Shown here one piece after another: positions 1 to 11,612 of a DNA stretch of 64,000 nt; within the stretch, counting starts at the first letter, position 1, and each line of letters starts with the position of its first letter. The position numbers were made by a program, and so were the translations under genes. Origin of the DNA: Batkoa obscura (lineage: Eukaryota); assembly GCA_030770535.1 (NCBI GenBank), contig JASVEC010000013.1, positions 62,001 to 126,000 of the forward strand, written 5' to 3'. Under the pieces are notes generated by a model that was not told where the DNA came from, made no database searches, and saw nothing but the letters and a program-made list of their open reading frames with translations.

Positions 1-633
1 TCTACATATTGGAATATCTCTTCCAATAAAATATCGGACGATTGATTAAATTTGATTGACATTTTAAATTATAAACGATATAAATGATAGATTGCATAAA
101 GCTATAGTTAAAATTTAAGTTTCTGTAGGTTCAAAGTTCAAGAAATTAAAAACTGTATTTTTTTATGAAAATTTGAAGTGAACTGAACATGACTATGAAT
201 TTTATTGGCTACTAAACTGAGCTTATCCCTTATATTATTCAATTTGCGTAATTAGTAGTTGTTTTTACTTTATTTACTTATAATAAACCATCCCAATACA
301 AATAATATTCATTAGAAAAATAAATACCTATCTTAATATTTAGCTCAATGACTGGTGCTATTCATTTTAATTACAATCTATAACGTCATCATTCAATACT
401 TACACTCTAATATCTTATATAAAATCTATATCGTGATTTTTAGCATTCATCATAAACCAATTCGCTTTTTAAAAATAATCTAGCTTTTATTCAAGCTATA
501 ATATAATCCAATACTAAAGGTTTTCATAATATAGAACAAATAATACTGTAATAATTAAGCATTCAAACATACAAAAATAAATAAAAAAATAGAAAGATAC
601 AATGTATCCACATTTAATGCAGACCACTGAAGG

Positions 634-1020
634 TTAAGCGTAATTACAGAAGACACTACCTTGAGCCTGTTGTTAACAACGAGTTCCTGGTCTATATGGA
701 CGAAGGATATAATTTCGTTGATCACAAGTGTAAAACCTGCCAGTATAGTTATCACAAAACATAGCACCTTCACGACAGTCTCTAGCATAGTTTCCCGAAT
801 TATCCCACCAACTCTTTCGTGGATCCTTTAACACTTTGATTCCTAAATTCTTTGTTACACTTCTTGTCCACTCAGGCTTTACTCTCCCACTATCGTGCTT
901 AACAGGGCCATGGTTACACACAGGTTCAACTTCATACTGACTACAGTATTTCTCAATGGATCTACGAAGCCCAAAGGTAGGAGCAACGGTAATAAGTAAA
1001 AGAATAAGAGTAAACTTCAT
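634..1020 (-). CDS. Small secreted Cys-rich protein with a C-terminal CBM19-like (chitin-binding) module; TAA at 673-675 appears premature, so possibly a pseudogene
   Basis: ATG at 1020 gives signal peptide MKFTLILLLITVAPTFG. Cys pattern DCREGAMFCDNYTGRFYTCDQ..RP(Y)RPGTRC. The frame continues past TAA as QQAQGSVFCNYA* to 634. Paralog at 21966-22277. Confidence 0.6.
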
Positions 1021-1348
1021 TTTGTTTATCAAATTTTAACAACAATAATAATCGCTTTTCTTCTTCTTTATATATTGTGGTTATATCTCACTTATAGCTA
1101 TTATTTTGTATAGTATAGAGTAAATTTTAAGATTTGATTTCATTTCCCTTTCTTAAGAATCTAATTTTTTAAATTATTATAATATATTTTTGTATATGCT
1201 ACATTAAATTATGGTTTATAGGTGGAAAATAATGATCTTACTATGGTCATTATAAAATTTTGGTTTTTTTAAAATAGCGCTGTTAATTTGAGCTCCTGAG
1301 GCATTTATATAACATCAGGCCATTTCTACTTACTTTACAAATTATACA

Positions 1349-1452
1349 AATGGGGATATATTTTTTTGTTCAAGAATTTACTAACAATCTTCCCGCTCAA
1401 ATAGCGCTTAAAAATGGAAAAAGTGATGAAACTAAAAAAACAGTCCCAAATA
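1349..1452 (+). mobile_element. MITE family A copy 1
   Basis: ATGGGGATATATTTTTTTG...CTCAAATAGCGCTTAAAAATGGAAAAAGTGATGAAACTAAAAAAACAGTCCCAAATA matches the other copies. Confidence 0.85.
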
Positions 1453-2175
1453 AAACTTTTAAGGTTTAAATGTGAGTATAAAGCTTAATAAAAGAATTAA
1501 GACAAGTTGCACTATTGTATAGTTACTTTAATTATTTATAGGTTGACAGACAGAGTGATTGAAAAAATAGATACAGGTACATGAACTGTACATCTATTTA
1601 TATCTTTTATTATATATGCTTTATTCTATATGCCTACCCTTTTAAAGGCAACTTACAAATATACTATTTTAAGAAATTTACAGTTTTAAGTGAATTTATG
1701 TAGGAAATAATATAATGCAGATCCAAGAGGAGGTTAAAAATTTTAAATAATAAGATATAAAAAAACCGAGATTCAATATATAATTTTTTTTCCACAGGTA
1801 TAATTTATAGATCTTAATTGATATACATACCAAGTATTATATTAACTGAAAGGCTTGCCACTAAGATATAGTTGAGTACAAATATGAAACAACTATGTTG
1901 CGTTACATTTTGTAAAATAATTTTTGGCAAAAATCATAACACTTTAAACTATATCTCAACAATAAATAATTCAATAAATATTAAAATTAGTCTATATACT
2001 ACTTGTAAGCTACGAATGATATTTGTGTAAAAAGAGTTGAGCCTTGTATTGTTGTGTGCTTTATATTTATCTTATTTTAATCCAATTTGATACAATTCAG
2101 AGGGCAGCTTTATTTTTCAAGATACTAAATTAATAGTTTTATTAATATAAAATTTGATATATATAGTATCTTCAA

Positions 2176-2402
2176 CCTATTACGATTATATCAAGGAAAA
2201 TATTTGAACACACCAATATAACCTTTTTTCAATTATGATTCACAATGAAAGTAAACAAAGTATAATAACTTGTAGTGAAAATTATTAAATTATAACTATT
2301 TTACATTGTAGTATTTCATTTTGTTTACTTTCATTTTGAATCATTATTGAAAAAGTTTGCATCGATATATTCGAATATTTTTCTTGATATAATCGTAATA
2401 GG
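2176..2402. mobile_element. Foldback/MITE-like element with ~85-bp imperfect inverted arms
   Basis: CCTATTACGATTATATCAAGGAAAATATTTGAA...TGAAAGTAAACAAAG is the reverse complement of TTTGTTTACTTTCA...AATATTTTTCTTGATATAATCGTAATAGG. Confidence 0.8.
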
Positions 2403-2782
2403 GCGACTATGTTACCTTTTTGATCTCATGTTTTATTGAACAAAAAGTAAAAAAGTGTTGAAACAAAAAGAAGTTTCTGTATAAAATTGTTTTGATAGCT
2501 TGTTGTAACTTACTCATACTATTGCTAAAATACCAATTGGATAAAATTTATATATGATATAATATAGAATATAATAGATAATAACAGAGCTAAACAACTA
2601 TAAATATTTTTATAATGTTATATTAATTAGTGATAGTAAGTATCATTTATATACCATCCCTAAATGTTGATTGACAGTATGTTTAGCATTTTGGCTAGAT
2701 TTATTTATCTTGAGTCAATAATTAACTTTTAAATATTTTTTATTTTAATTTTTTATTAATAGAAAATTTTAGTGCACTTAGA

Positions 2783-4090
2783 TTAGTGTTTAGCACTAGT
2801 AGCATCACCAACTTTAACGAGATCAACAAGGGTTATTACTGAATCTATTGAACCAAGGATAAGTCCTAAGAGACCAACAATAACAACAACAACAGTTAGT
2901 ATATATTCCCAAATAGGACGATTTCTCCATCCAAAGAGTTTATAATGACAAGCAACGGGGACTAAAAACACAATTAAACAATTTGAAATAGCGCCTACTA
3001 AGGACATAAGGGCAGAGAAATAGGGTACAAACATAGCAATAACAGTCAAAATAGCTCCAATGATAGCTCTCAAAATTACACGAAGAACAAATTCTCTTGA
3101 GGCTGAGATATACTTACGATCTATTTTTAACAAATTTTCTTGTTCTAAAGAAAAGGAACAAATGTAAATAGGAGCTGCAAGGATAACATGTAAAGTAATG
3201 AGTACTTTAGCAATGACTGATGCGGCTCCTTGTGGAAGGGAGTCTAAAATAGGTGATTTCACGTCGTTACCATAGTATAAATACCCTGTAATACCTATCA
3301 AAAGGTACATAAAAGTAATGCTTCCAACTGCAAACATCATCACTTTATTCCATGATTTTGGATGACGCATACTACCTTCAACATGTGGATAGACGACGTT
3401 GCCACCATAAGAGAAAGCTATAGTTGCAAGAGAAAGTGGAATGCCTCGCCATATAGCAACTTCAGTAACTGGAGGTGGATGATTTGGGCTATTGTATTGA
3501 ATACCACCACCAACCGCAACACAGAAAACAACTACCAATGTACAGAAGGCACCAAAAGCAGCTAAAATGGCGACTTCCTTTAAACTTTTAAGAACTGCAG
3601 AAGGTACAGTAATTATAACACCAGCTATAAGGATCCATACCCTGAGTCCAAGTATATCATTGCCATTATTAAAATCGCTTATCAAACTGCTTATAGTCTT
3701 ACCAGTTAACAAAATATAGATACAAGCGGCTGAAAGACTAATAGAATAGTGAAAAACTTTGACAAAATACCTTCCGAATTTTCCAAATGCAGCCTCACCT
3801 ACATCTGGGAATTCTTCCAATCGTTGGTTTGGTTTATAATAAAGACATTCGATTAAAAGTCTACTTGTGTAGATTGCAATAAAAGCGGTTAGCACAAAGA
3901 AAACAAGGGAGATCCAGCCACCTTGCTTTACAGCATAGGGAAGACCGAGTGTACCAGTTCCAGCAACGACACAAACAATATTCACATAAGCTCCAAAACT
4001 GGAACCGGTTCTGTGATCGTCTTTTGCAATACTATGGATGGATGCAACATCGTCAATCTCGAATTGAGATTTGGTTACTTTATCAGACAT
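2783..4090 (-). CDS. Amino acid transporter, Aa_trans/AAAP family (AVT1-like)
   Basis: Intronless ORF with about 11 hydrophobic segments. Motifs NIVCVVAGTGTLGLPYA, FSYGGNVVYPHVE and PYFSALMSLVGA. ATG at 4090. Confidence 0.92.
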   Translation of the reverse strand: MSDKVTKSQFEIDDVASIHSIAKDDHRTGSSFGAYVNIVCVVAGTGTLGLPYAVKQGGWISLVFFVLTAFIAIYTSRLLIECLYYKPNQRLEEFPDVGEAAFGKFGRYFVKVFHYSISLSAACIYILLTGKTISSLISDFNNGNDILGLRVWILIAGVIITVPSAVLKSLKEVAILAAFGAFCTLVVVFCVAVGGGIQYNSPNHPPPVTEVAIWRGIPLSLATIAFSYGGNVVYPHVEGSMRHPKSWNKVMMFAVGSITFMYLLIGITGYLYYGNDVKSPILDSLPQGAASVIAKVLITLHVILAAPIYICSFSLEQENLLKIDRKYISASREFVLRVILRAIIGAILTVIAMFVPYFSALMSLVGAISNCLIVFLVPVACHYKLFGWRNRPIWEYILTVVVVIVGLLGLILGSIDSVITLVDLVKVGDATSAKH

Positions 4091-5821
4091 TATCAAATTT
4101 AAAGTGATAGATATGAGTTATTAGGAGAAGATGTAAAATAAACAAAAAGTCTAGGAATATAGGGAGAGCTGTAGTTAGTAGCTCAAAAGGAAATCAGTTA
4201 ACGTAGGAATTTACTTAATAGAAATTCCTTGAAAGAAAAAAATTAAAAAAATATAAATTAATTTGAACTAATTTATAGTGGTTTTTATATTTTCGAAACT
4301 TTATTGGAAATCATGCTTATACTATTTAAAGAATAAAATATACTCTAAAAAAAGGCAAATTGTCATATAACCTTTATCAAGCTGATGCACATGATATTTA
4401 TTAGAGTCAATTAATGAAATTATTAAAATAAAAATAAAACTCAAATAAAATGTTTAACCAAACTTTGTTATAAAATCTATATTCATTATATTGGATCTTA
4501 GCTTTATATAGATTCTATTTTATCATTGATGACCTTTAAGGTGACTCAAGTAAAACATTTCTCGCTATAAGCCCATTAATACACTTACATTTCCTTTATT
4601 TTATTAATTGAGTATATTAAATATATTTCAATTAATATAATAAATCTACTATACTATTAGTAAATACAAGATTGGTATAAAAAGATGGATAAAAATGAGG
4701 TTATTTAAATAGAATATGAATTGATATCTTAGTACAATCAGCACTTATATAAAGCTTAAAAACATTACAAATTATTAAAGAAATTTATGGGTTAATTTTA
4801 GTGAGACCCTGAGGGAAATAGTCAGGGGTTTCAAAAGGTTAAGCTACAGAATTTAAATAAATGAATATCACTTGGCCATAAAACTCATAAGGTAAATGGA
4901 TAACATGACTGAAAAAAAACAAAAAAAGAAAGTTGTTGTTTCAAATGTGACTAGGTTCTTCTTTAAAATTAATTGAGCTAAAAATAAACAATCGCTTTGA
5001 CATCTTGACACTTACACCACCTTACTCTACTAATTTGGGACACATTCGGATAATAGCGGTCAAATTTGGCAGAATACTATATCAATTACGTCAGGATTGA
5101 TAAGAAAGTAATATATTACTTTAATAGGCTTTTTTTTTACTTGTTATCACTTTTAAGAACATAATTATAATGTAAATGAATATTACTAATTCTCTAAATT
5201 TTCTAACCAAAGTTCAACTTTTGCGTAAGTAAAATAAAAAATCAAAGCTTTTATCTAGAGATAATAATAATAAACTGTGAAAAATTCTATCGTACCATTA
5301 TATTTCAGAACAAAATGATATAAAATAATAAATATTTGGTTTTTACAGCTAAGCCCCATATCATGTATCATTAATTTTTAATTTAAGCATTATTTAAAAT
5401 GTTTGATTTCTAAACTTTATTAGAAATATAATGTTGGCATACAAATCATTTCCAAAATGTTTATAATATTCTATATTCTGATCATATATAAGTTACGGTA
5501 TAAATTAAAGTATAAATTAACCTGCGTATTCTATTGTCTCTAAGCTATATTTTTTATTAAAATAGCTAAAATCGTAAGTCTTTATTTAAAGTATTATTTA
5601 AATTTAAAATATAAAACTTAATTTAAGTTTAAAATAATTTAGACTAAAGTTTTTGAACATAAAGACTATTATAATTAAAATAAAAACTAGAAATTTCCAA
5701 AGTTTATGTAAAATATATTGAAAAAAGTGATAACGTACATCTGAGTGAGTGAATAACAATAGCAAGTTGAGAAACTTGCTCGAATTTCTAATGAAGTTGA
5801 TCAATTTTCAATATCAACAAT

Positions 5822-5928
5822 TATATGGGGTGCTTTTTTAGTTTCATCACTTTTTACATTTTTAAGCGCTATTTGGGTGGAAAAGTTATTAGTAAAATTC
5901 TTAAACAAAAGAATACATCCCCATATAT
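5822..5928 (-). mobile_element. MITE family A copy 2
   Basis: TATATGGGGTGCTTTTTTAG...AAGCGCTATTTGGG...GAATACATCCCCATATA; both TIRs present, ATAT on both flanks. Confidence 0.9.
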
Positions 5929-6294
5929 AATCTCTAGTTTATTGTCGTAATCCAGCTATCCAGATGTATATTAATTGAAATATAAGCCCATTAAAATATA
6001 TAATTTTCATACCTTGTCTTAGTTAAAAGATCTCGTATGATTTTTATACTTTGAGTACATGTATTTGAATTTAAAATAAAATTTAAAGTATTTACAAAGA
6101 TTGTATAAAATAAAACATAATCTAAAGCTATACACAATACTTAAACCTAAATAACAACTAGTAAATTGGGGATATTGATTTGCTTCATAGCAGCTATAGA
6201 ACAGGGATTTAAATATCTTTATTTTAAATTAAACGAAAAATAGCTTTATTTAAAAAAAGCGAAATGTAAGATATCAAAGTAAATAGCAACTATA

Positions 6295-8091
6295 TTATAC
6301 AATTATAGAATATTTTTCCAAAAAATGAAACTTTTGCAAGTCTTCTTCTATAAGCTCGATTGCATATCCACTATCTTCAAAATAATGAGTTTTATCTCTA
6401 TCTCTTTTAATCCAATAAATTAATTGTTGAACTTTACTATAAATTATTTCATTTTGTGCTTCTATAAAGTGCAACTGTGATAAGGCATTAAGATAAAAGT
6501 AAACAGTTGGAAGTAAATCAAAGGAAGTATTGAATATAATCCAAGGACATTCATCATCAATATCATTACGATTAAATAAAGTAGAAAACAAATCCCATAA
6601 TTTATCTGTCGTTTCTAATCCAATTGTCCATAGCCAGGAATATAATAGTGGATGAGAACATGGACTTATATAAGAAAGAGGATCAATGATATAAAGTTTA
6701 GTATTTAAAAACATAAAATAACCAGAAGAGCCTAATGACGAAGTATCATCTGATTGTAGTACACCATATGATTTAATGTTAGCAAGCTGCTTTGAGGATA
6801 AAAATCGAAAACTTTTGTAATTTATTGATACATTATTTATATCTTTATCTAATTCATCAATCATTTTTAATATACTATTGACATCAAAATAAAACCTATC
6901 AATCGGGTATATATTCGAATTCTTTTTTAGCATATTCCTTTCATTAAGATACGATTGTAAAACGTGAAAATAACAAGCTAGTGCTCTTGAATAATAGGAT
7001 GACTCAAAAGACTGAGCATTATTGATACTGGGGACCATAGCACTTGTATTAATACTTTTCAACATACTTCTTATATTTATCTTTTTGGTTTTATTAATAC
7101 CTAATCTAGGCATAGTAGGCAAACTAATTGCTTTGTCTCTAATATGGCTCAAAGGGGTTACTTTGTTATAGTTTAAATCTAAAGGATATACAGGTAAATA
7201 CGATAAACTAATATAAAAAACCACAATAAGTTCCCATAACTTGTCTTTTAATGAATCTTCAAACATATTTTTTGTGAACGAATCTGTAATTTCTTCTCTT
7301 TCTTCCGGTAATATTTGTAACATTTGTGCCATCCTTATTGCCTGTCCTAAATAGATATTGGCCAATGAATAATTATTTGTATATAAATATTCTCCAGAAA
7401 TTAAAGTAATTGCAATCACATCATCTAAGCTTGGATCATTATAACTTTGAATCATCATATTTTGAATATCCTTAGTGCCATTAAGCAATATTTGTTTATA
7501 CTCCTTTGGAAGTTCAATCAAACTCAATATTGATTGCATAAGAATAGATTTTAATAAACTTGGTTCTCTTTTTCTAAATATATTTCCCAACACTGGAGCT
7601 GTAAACCATAGCTCATCTGGGTCTAAATATTGATAATAAATATTAATAAAACATACCAAAAGCTCTGAAGGCATTAGCCCATCTATTTTATTTGGAGTGA
7701 TATACAACTCTCTTTCCGGAGAAGAACATATACAATTGCTCATGCGCATCATCTTTTGACTATTTTTTATTGCCTTTGTATAGTATGATATACCATTTTC
7801 AAAATAAGCTATAAATTTTAATTCTGCATTTCGATTTTTTTTTTTCTGTAACTGACTTTGTTTTGGTCTATCCATCAATCCCTTTAAACCTTTTTTCCTA
7901 TCCAAACATTCCTTTGACCATTTTAGATAGCTTTTTATTAAACCACTAAACTCATTAGTCGGATAGGCCAATATACTACTCTTTATACTAGAAAAAATTT
8001 TCGTTAGTTCCTTTTCAATTTCATTGATCCTTTCAATAGCTTTAAACCTATACGACTCTTTATATATTTTTAATTCTTCATTTTGGTCCAT
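6295..8091 (-). CDS. Fungal TF middle-homology-region (Fungal_trans-like) protein with no visible Zn2Cys6 domain
   Basis: 598-aa ORF with motif ANIYLGQAIRMAQMLQI...KLWELI. Collinear paralog of 11613-13382. Confidence 0.7.
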   Translation of the reverse strand: MDQNEELKIYKESYRFKAIERINEIEKELTKIFSSIKSSILAYPTNEFSGLIKSYLKWSKECLDRKKGLKGLMDRPKQSQLQKKKNRNAELKFIAYFENGISYYTKAIKNSQKMMRMSNCICSSPERELYITPNKIDGLMPSELLVCFINIYYQYLDPDELWFTAPVLGNIFRKREPSLLKSILMQSILSLIELPKEYKQILLNGTKDIQNMMIQSYNDPSLDDVIAITLISGEYLYTNNYSLANIYLGQAIRMAQMLQILPEEREEITDSFTKNMFEDSLKDKLWELIVVFYISLSYLPVYPLDLNYNKVTPLSHIRDKAISLPTMPRLGINKTKKINIRSMLKSINTSAMVPSINNAQSFESSYYSRALACYFHVLQSYLNERNMLKKNSNIYPIDRFYFDVNSILKMIDELDKDINNVSINYKSFRFLSSKQLANIKSYGVLQSDDTSSLGSSGYFMFLNTKLYIIDPLSYISPCSHPLLYSWLWTIGLETTDKLWDLFSTLFNRNDIDDECPWIIFNTSFDLLPTVYFYLNALSQLHFIEAQNEIIYSKVQQLIYWIKRDRDKTHYFEDSGYAIELIEEDLQKFHFLEKYSIIV

Positions 8092-9657
8092 AGAATATGT
8101 TCTTTATGTAATGTCGAAGATGTTGGCTTATGTGATTGATAAATTTAAGTTTAGGAATAGAGCTAATCAAATCATGAATCCATATATTTTTCTTGAGCTC
8201 TTGCAAAATTTGTAATTAGCACAAATACTGCGAAGCTGTTTTTTGTTTCAGCATTACATTATAAAAGGTTTTAAATTTTGTATTTCATAAAAAACATTCA
8301 TATACAGATTTTGTAGATTTAAGCCTAAATTAAACTGGAAAATTATTTATAGCTATAGGTTTTTAAATGTGCCCATTTATACATCATCATTGAAAGCGTA
8401 AGGATCTTAAACAAATTTGTAAATATCTTTGAAATAAACATATACAATTGTTTTTTAGTGTTACTCCGTCTTTTAACCATTAAATATTTAAATATAAACT
8501 TCACAATAGAGCAATTCATCATAAAATTTTAAAGTTTTTTAATAAATTTAAACCTTAAAAGTCTTGTTTTTATGATTTATAAAGTAAACAGAAATAGTTT
8601 AATGTTGTATAAGTGCTTAAATACACCCTGATTTATAGTACCTCCGCTTCAAGAAGAAATCTTTCCATTCATAATAGCTATACCAAAGTGAATGCTTTTT
8701 GACTATAAAACCAATTTTATGACCAATGTAAAATAAATAGCAGCAATTTGATATATTAAATTTCCAGGGAAAATAATATTATACGGAATTTTCTCGGCTT
8801 TGTATAAAGTAACAACTACAAGCAGGACAAAGCTATAGTATATAAAGAAAAAAAATGATTGTCACAATTATTATGTTATTTACAAATCATATAGGAATGA
8901 GTCACTTGGGGTGCATTTTTAACAGTAAGGTTATATAGCATTCTGTAGTTAAATAGAGTCAAAAGCTATCAGCAAAAAACTATCAATAGAATACCATATA
9001 AAAAAAGAAAAGTTATGTTAAGAGAGATTTAAACCTAAACTAGTGATAACTAAAGTTAAGTTGTTATTGGTTAGAATTGTAGCTATTATAGATTATTTGC
9101 ACTGAAATGCCTGTAACTATTCTTTGAGTCGCTCTAATTTTGATCTAGTGTTCACCATTTCAAATACGATTATTTCAATATAAATATCTATTAACTTATA
9201 ATATATCTTTTAAATCAGTTACATTTTTATAAGTATCTGCTGCTTTTGGAAAATGAGTTAATTTTTGCTAAGAGAGACACTATGAAGTATATAGAACTTG
9301 TGCAAATTATAGTGTCACGCATATATCAAAAAAATATATACAAATTGTGGTTCAAGAAAAAGCATCAATTACTAAACAAACCGCGGCAAATAATTTATTT
9401 ATTCTGAGAACATTATTGTAACAAAATGGTTTATCATAAATAAAGGAATTAAAAGAACTACTGATTGCGTAAATTGAATAGTAAAAAAGAAAGTCACCGA
9501 ATCGAATACCCAATCAAATTTCAAAGCCACAATTAACAACAGCCTTATAAATTTTTAATTAAATTTTAAATTTACCTTTTTAAACTTTTCAAGCCTCGGA
9601 AATTTCAATTTCAATTTAGTTCCTTCAGTTTTTATTTAACATCAGTTGTAATTTAAA

Positions 9658-10920
9658 ATGCCAACACACTTTGAGTATTTACCTGATATAGTGTTAGAGG
9701 ACATATTCAAACTACTAGAGCCAAATAAATTGGTGGGTTTACGTTTTTAAGTAAATATTTATTTAGGGTTGTAAATAGGGTTATTTAACGAAACTTAACT
9801 TATTCACGCTATAGCGAATCTAGGTTTAGTAAATATCAAAAAAAGTTTATCAAAGAAAATGGGGCTTTGATGAAACATTTATATATGAAAACGAAATTCA
9901 ATTGATAAATTATTGTCCAAATATTATATCTATAAATTATAGTAGTTATGATTATTATAATTATAATAAGAAAGATATCAAGATTAATTTACCAAAGTCA
10001 AAGAAAACAGTCTTCAATTCTATAAATCATAGATAACTACTAAAACAATTTGAAGACTATTTAAATCAACTTGAATCATTTGAATTTAAGGCTAGTCGCA
10101 TAAATATTGAAGAAGTTATTCAATATCTAAGTCCAAGTAGATTAAAATCACTCAAATTAGTTTCCAATTCTTCATTATATATTAATGAAATAGATGTTAT
10201 TAAAATAAAGTTTAATAAGTTAAAAATATTACGTTTGACTTCAACTTCAAGTATCTTTACAACTAGTGATTTGAATTCTAGTCTAAATTTTAATTCTAAT
10301 TTAGAGTTATCAATCAAAGGAGATTTAAATGATTACTTTAATATTGATTATTTTGGAGACTTGATGAAATTGAAAAGTATTCAATTAATAGATAAATCTG
10401 AGAATTTTTTTGATAACAAAAAGATAAAATTAATCGAAGGTACTAATATTCAAAGTTTAGAATATTCCCAACCGAGTGCTTTGTTTAATGCTAATTTTTA
10501 AAGCTGTCATCAGTAAAAGTACTTTATACCAAAAATTTATCAAAAGAGATATTGAAGTTAATTTGTAACATACCAAACATTCAAATAATCCGTTGCGATA
10601 GCTTAAATATAACAGCGAGTGGGATCAATGAAATTGAATTGGCTTTATGTAAATGTAATTATGTGAAAAAAGTTTTTATCAGATACTTTAATAAAGCAAC
10701 TAGTGGGTTTAGATCCTTTTTATCTTTGTTCCCAAACCTCAGGGTTATTAAAAGTGATTATTTTAACCTTGAACATAACATAAATACGTTAATTGAGCAT
10801 TAGTTTAATACTCGTTTTTAGCTATGACACCTACCTCAGAAGATACTTATACAGAAACAAACATTGATATTCATTAAAAAACATTCTGGTGTTAAACTGT
10901 ATGAAGTTACAATAGGTTAG
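9658..10920 (+). pseudogene. F-box/LRR-like protein pseudogene
   Basis: MPTHFEYLPDIVLEDIFKLL F-box start, frameshift near 9748 and TAA at 9786. Fragmented LRR-like ORFs 10235-10501 and 10552-10803. Homologous to 22690-24111 and 20545-20860. Confidence 0.8.
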
Positions 10921-11612
10921 TTAGTAATTTGCTATATTTATAATCCAATATAATCATGAGTATTATACAACTTGGTTGATTCACAACTATAGGATGATTG
11001 AATTTATCTACATTAGCATTAATAATACTCTCCAAATACAGCTATTGCTTTCCTACTATTTACTAAGTATTAGATGACTAGCCTAAACTAGTGTTTTTCT
11101 TAAACACTCCTTTATCTCATTTCTGACTATAGGCTTGATTAAATTCAACTTTATAAATAAAATAGCTATAAAATCAGCACTTGTATTTCTGATTTTTATT
11201 CAAAAGAGCAGTTTTATCTATCATCATTCATAATGGTATTATCAATGATAATAGATGCCAGTCCTTAAAAGCAATCATCTAATATAATAGCCTTAAATTA
11301 AAATCGATAACTTATTTGAAACTGATAAAAATGTGTAATTTAGACCTATATTTCAACCCACTGAAGAGAGGAGTTATAAGAAAACATTAGAGCTCTTTAT
11401 ATTCTAAATTCTACAGTTCATTGATTAAAAGCTAGCAACCGCCACGTGATAGTTTTTATTTGGTGAACTGTAAGGTTTGGAATTTAAAGGGTTATAAAAA
11501 AATAAATTATAAAATTATCAATTACAATTATATAACATAGCGATAAAATTCAACAAATATAAAACTACCATTTTATAAATTTTGATTTTTTTTTTATACA
11601 TTCGATTACTTT

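Noticed and set aside
4802..4833. Small hairpin TGAGACCCTGA...TCAGGGGTTTCA
   Set aside because: Short, imperfect and single-copy here; no function can be supported.
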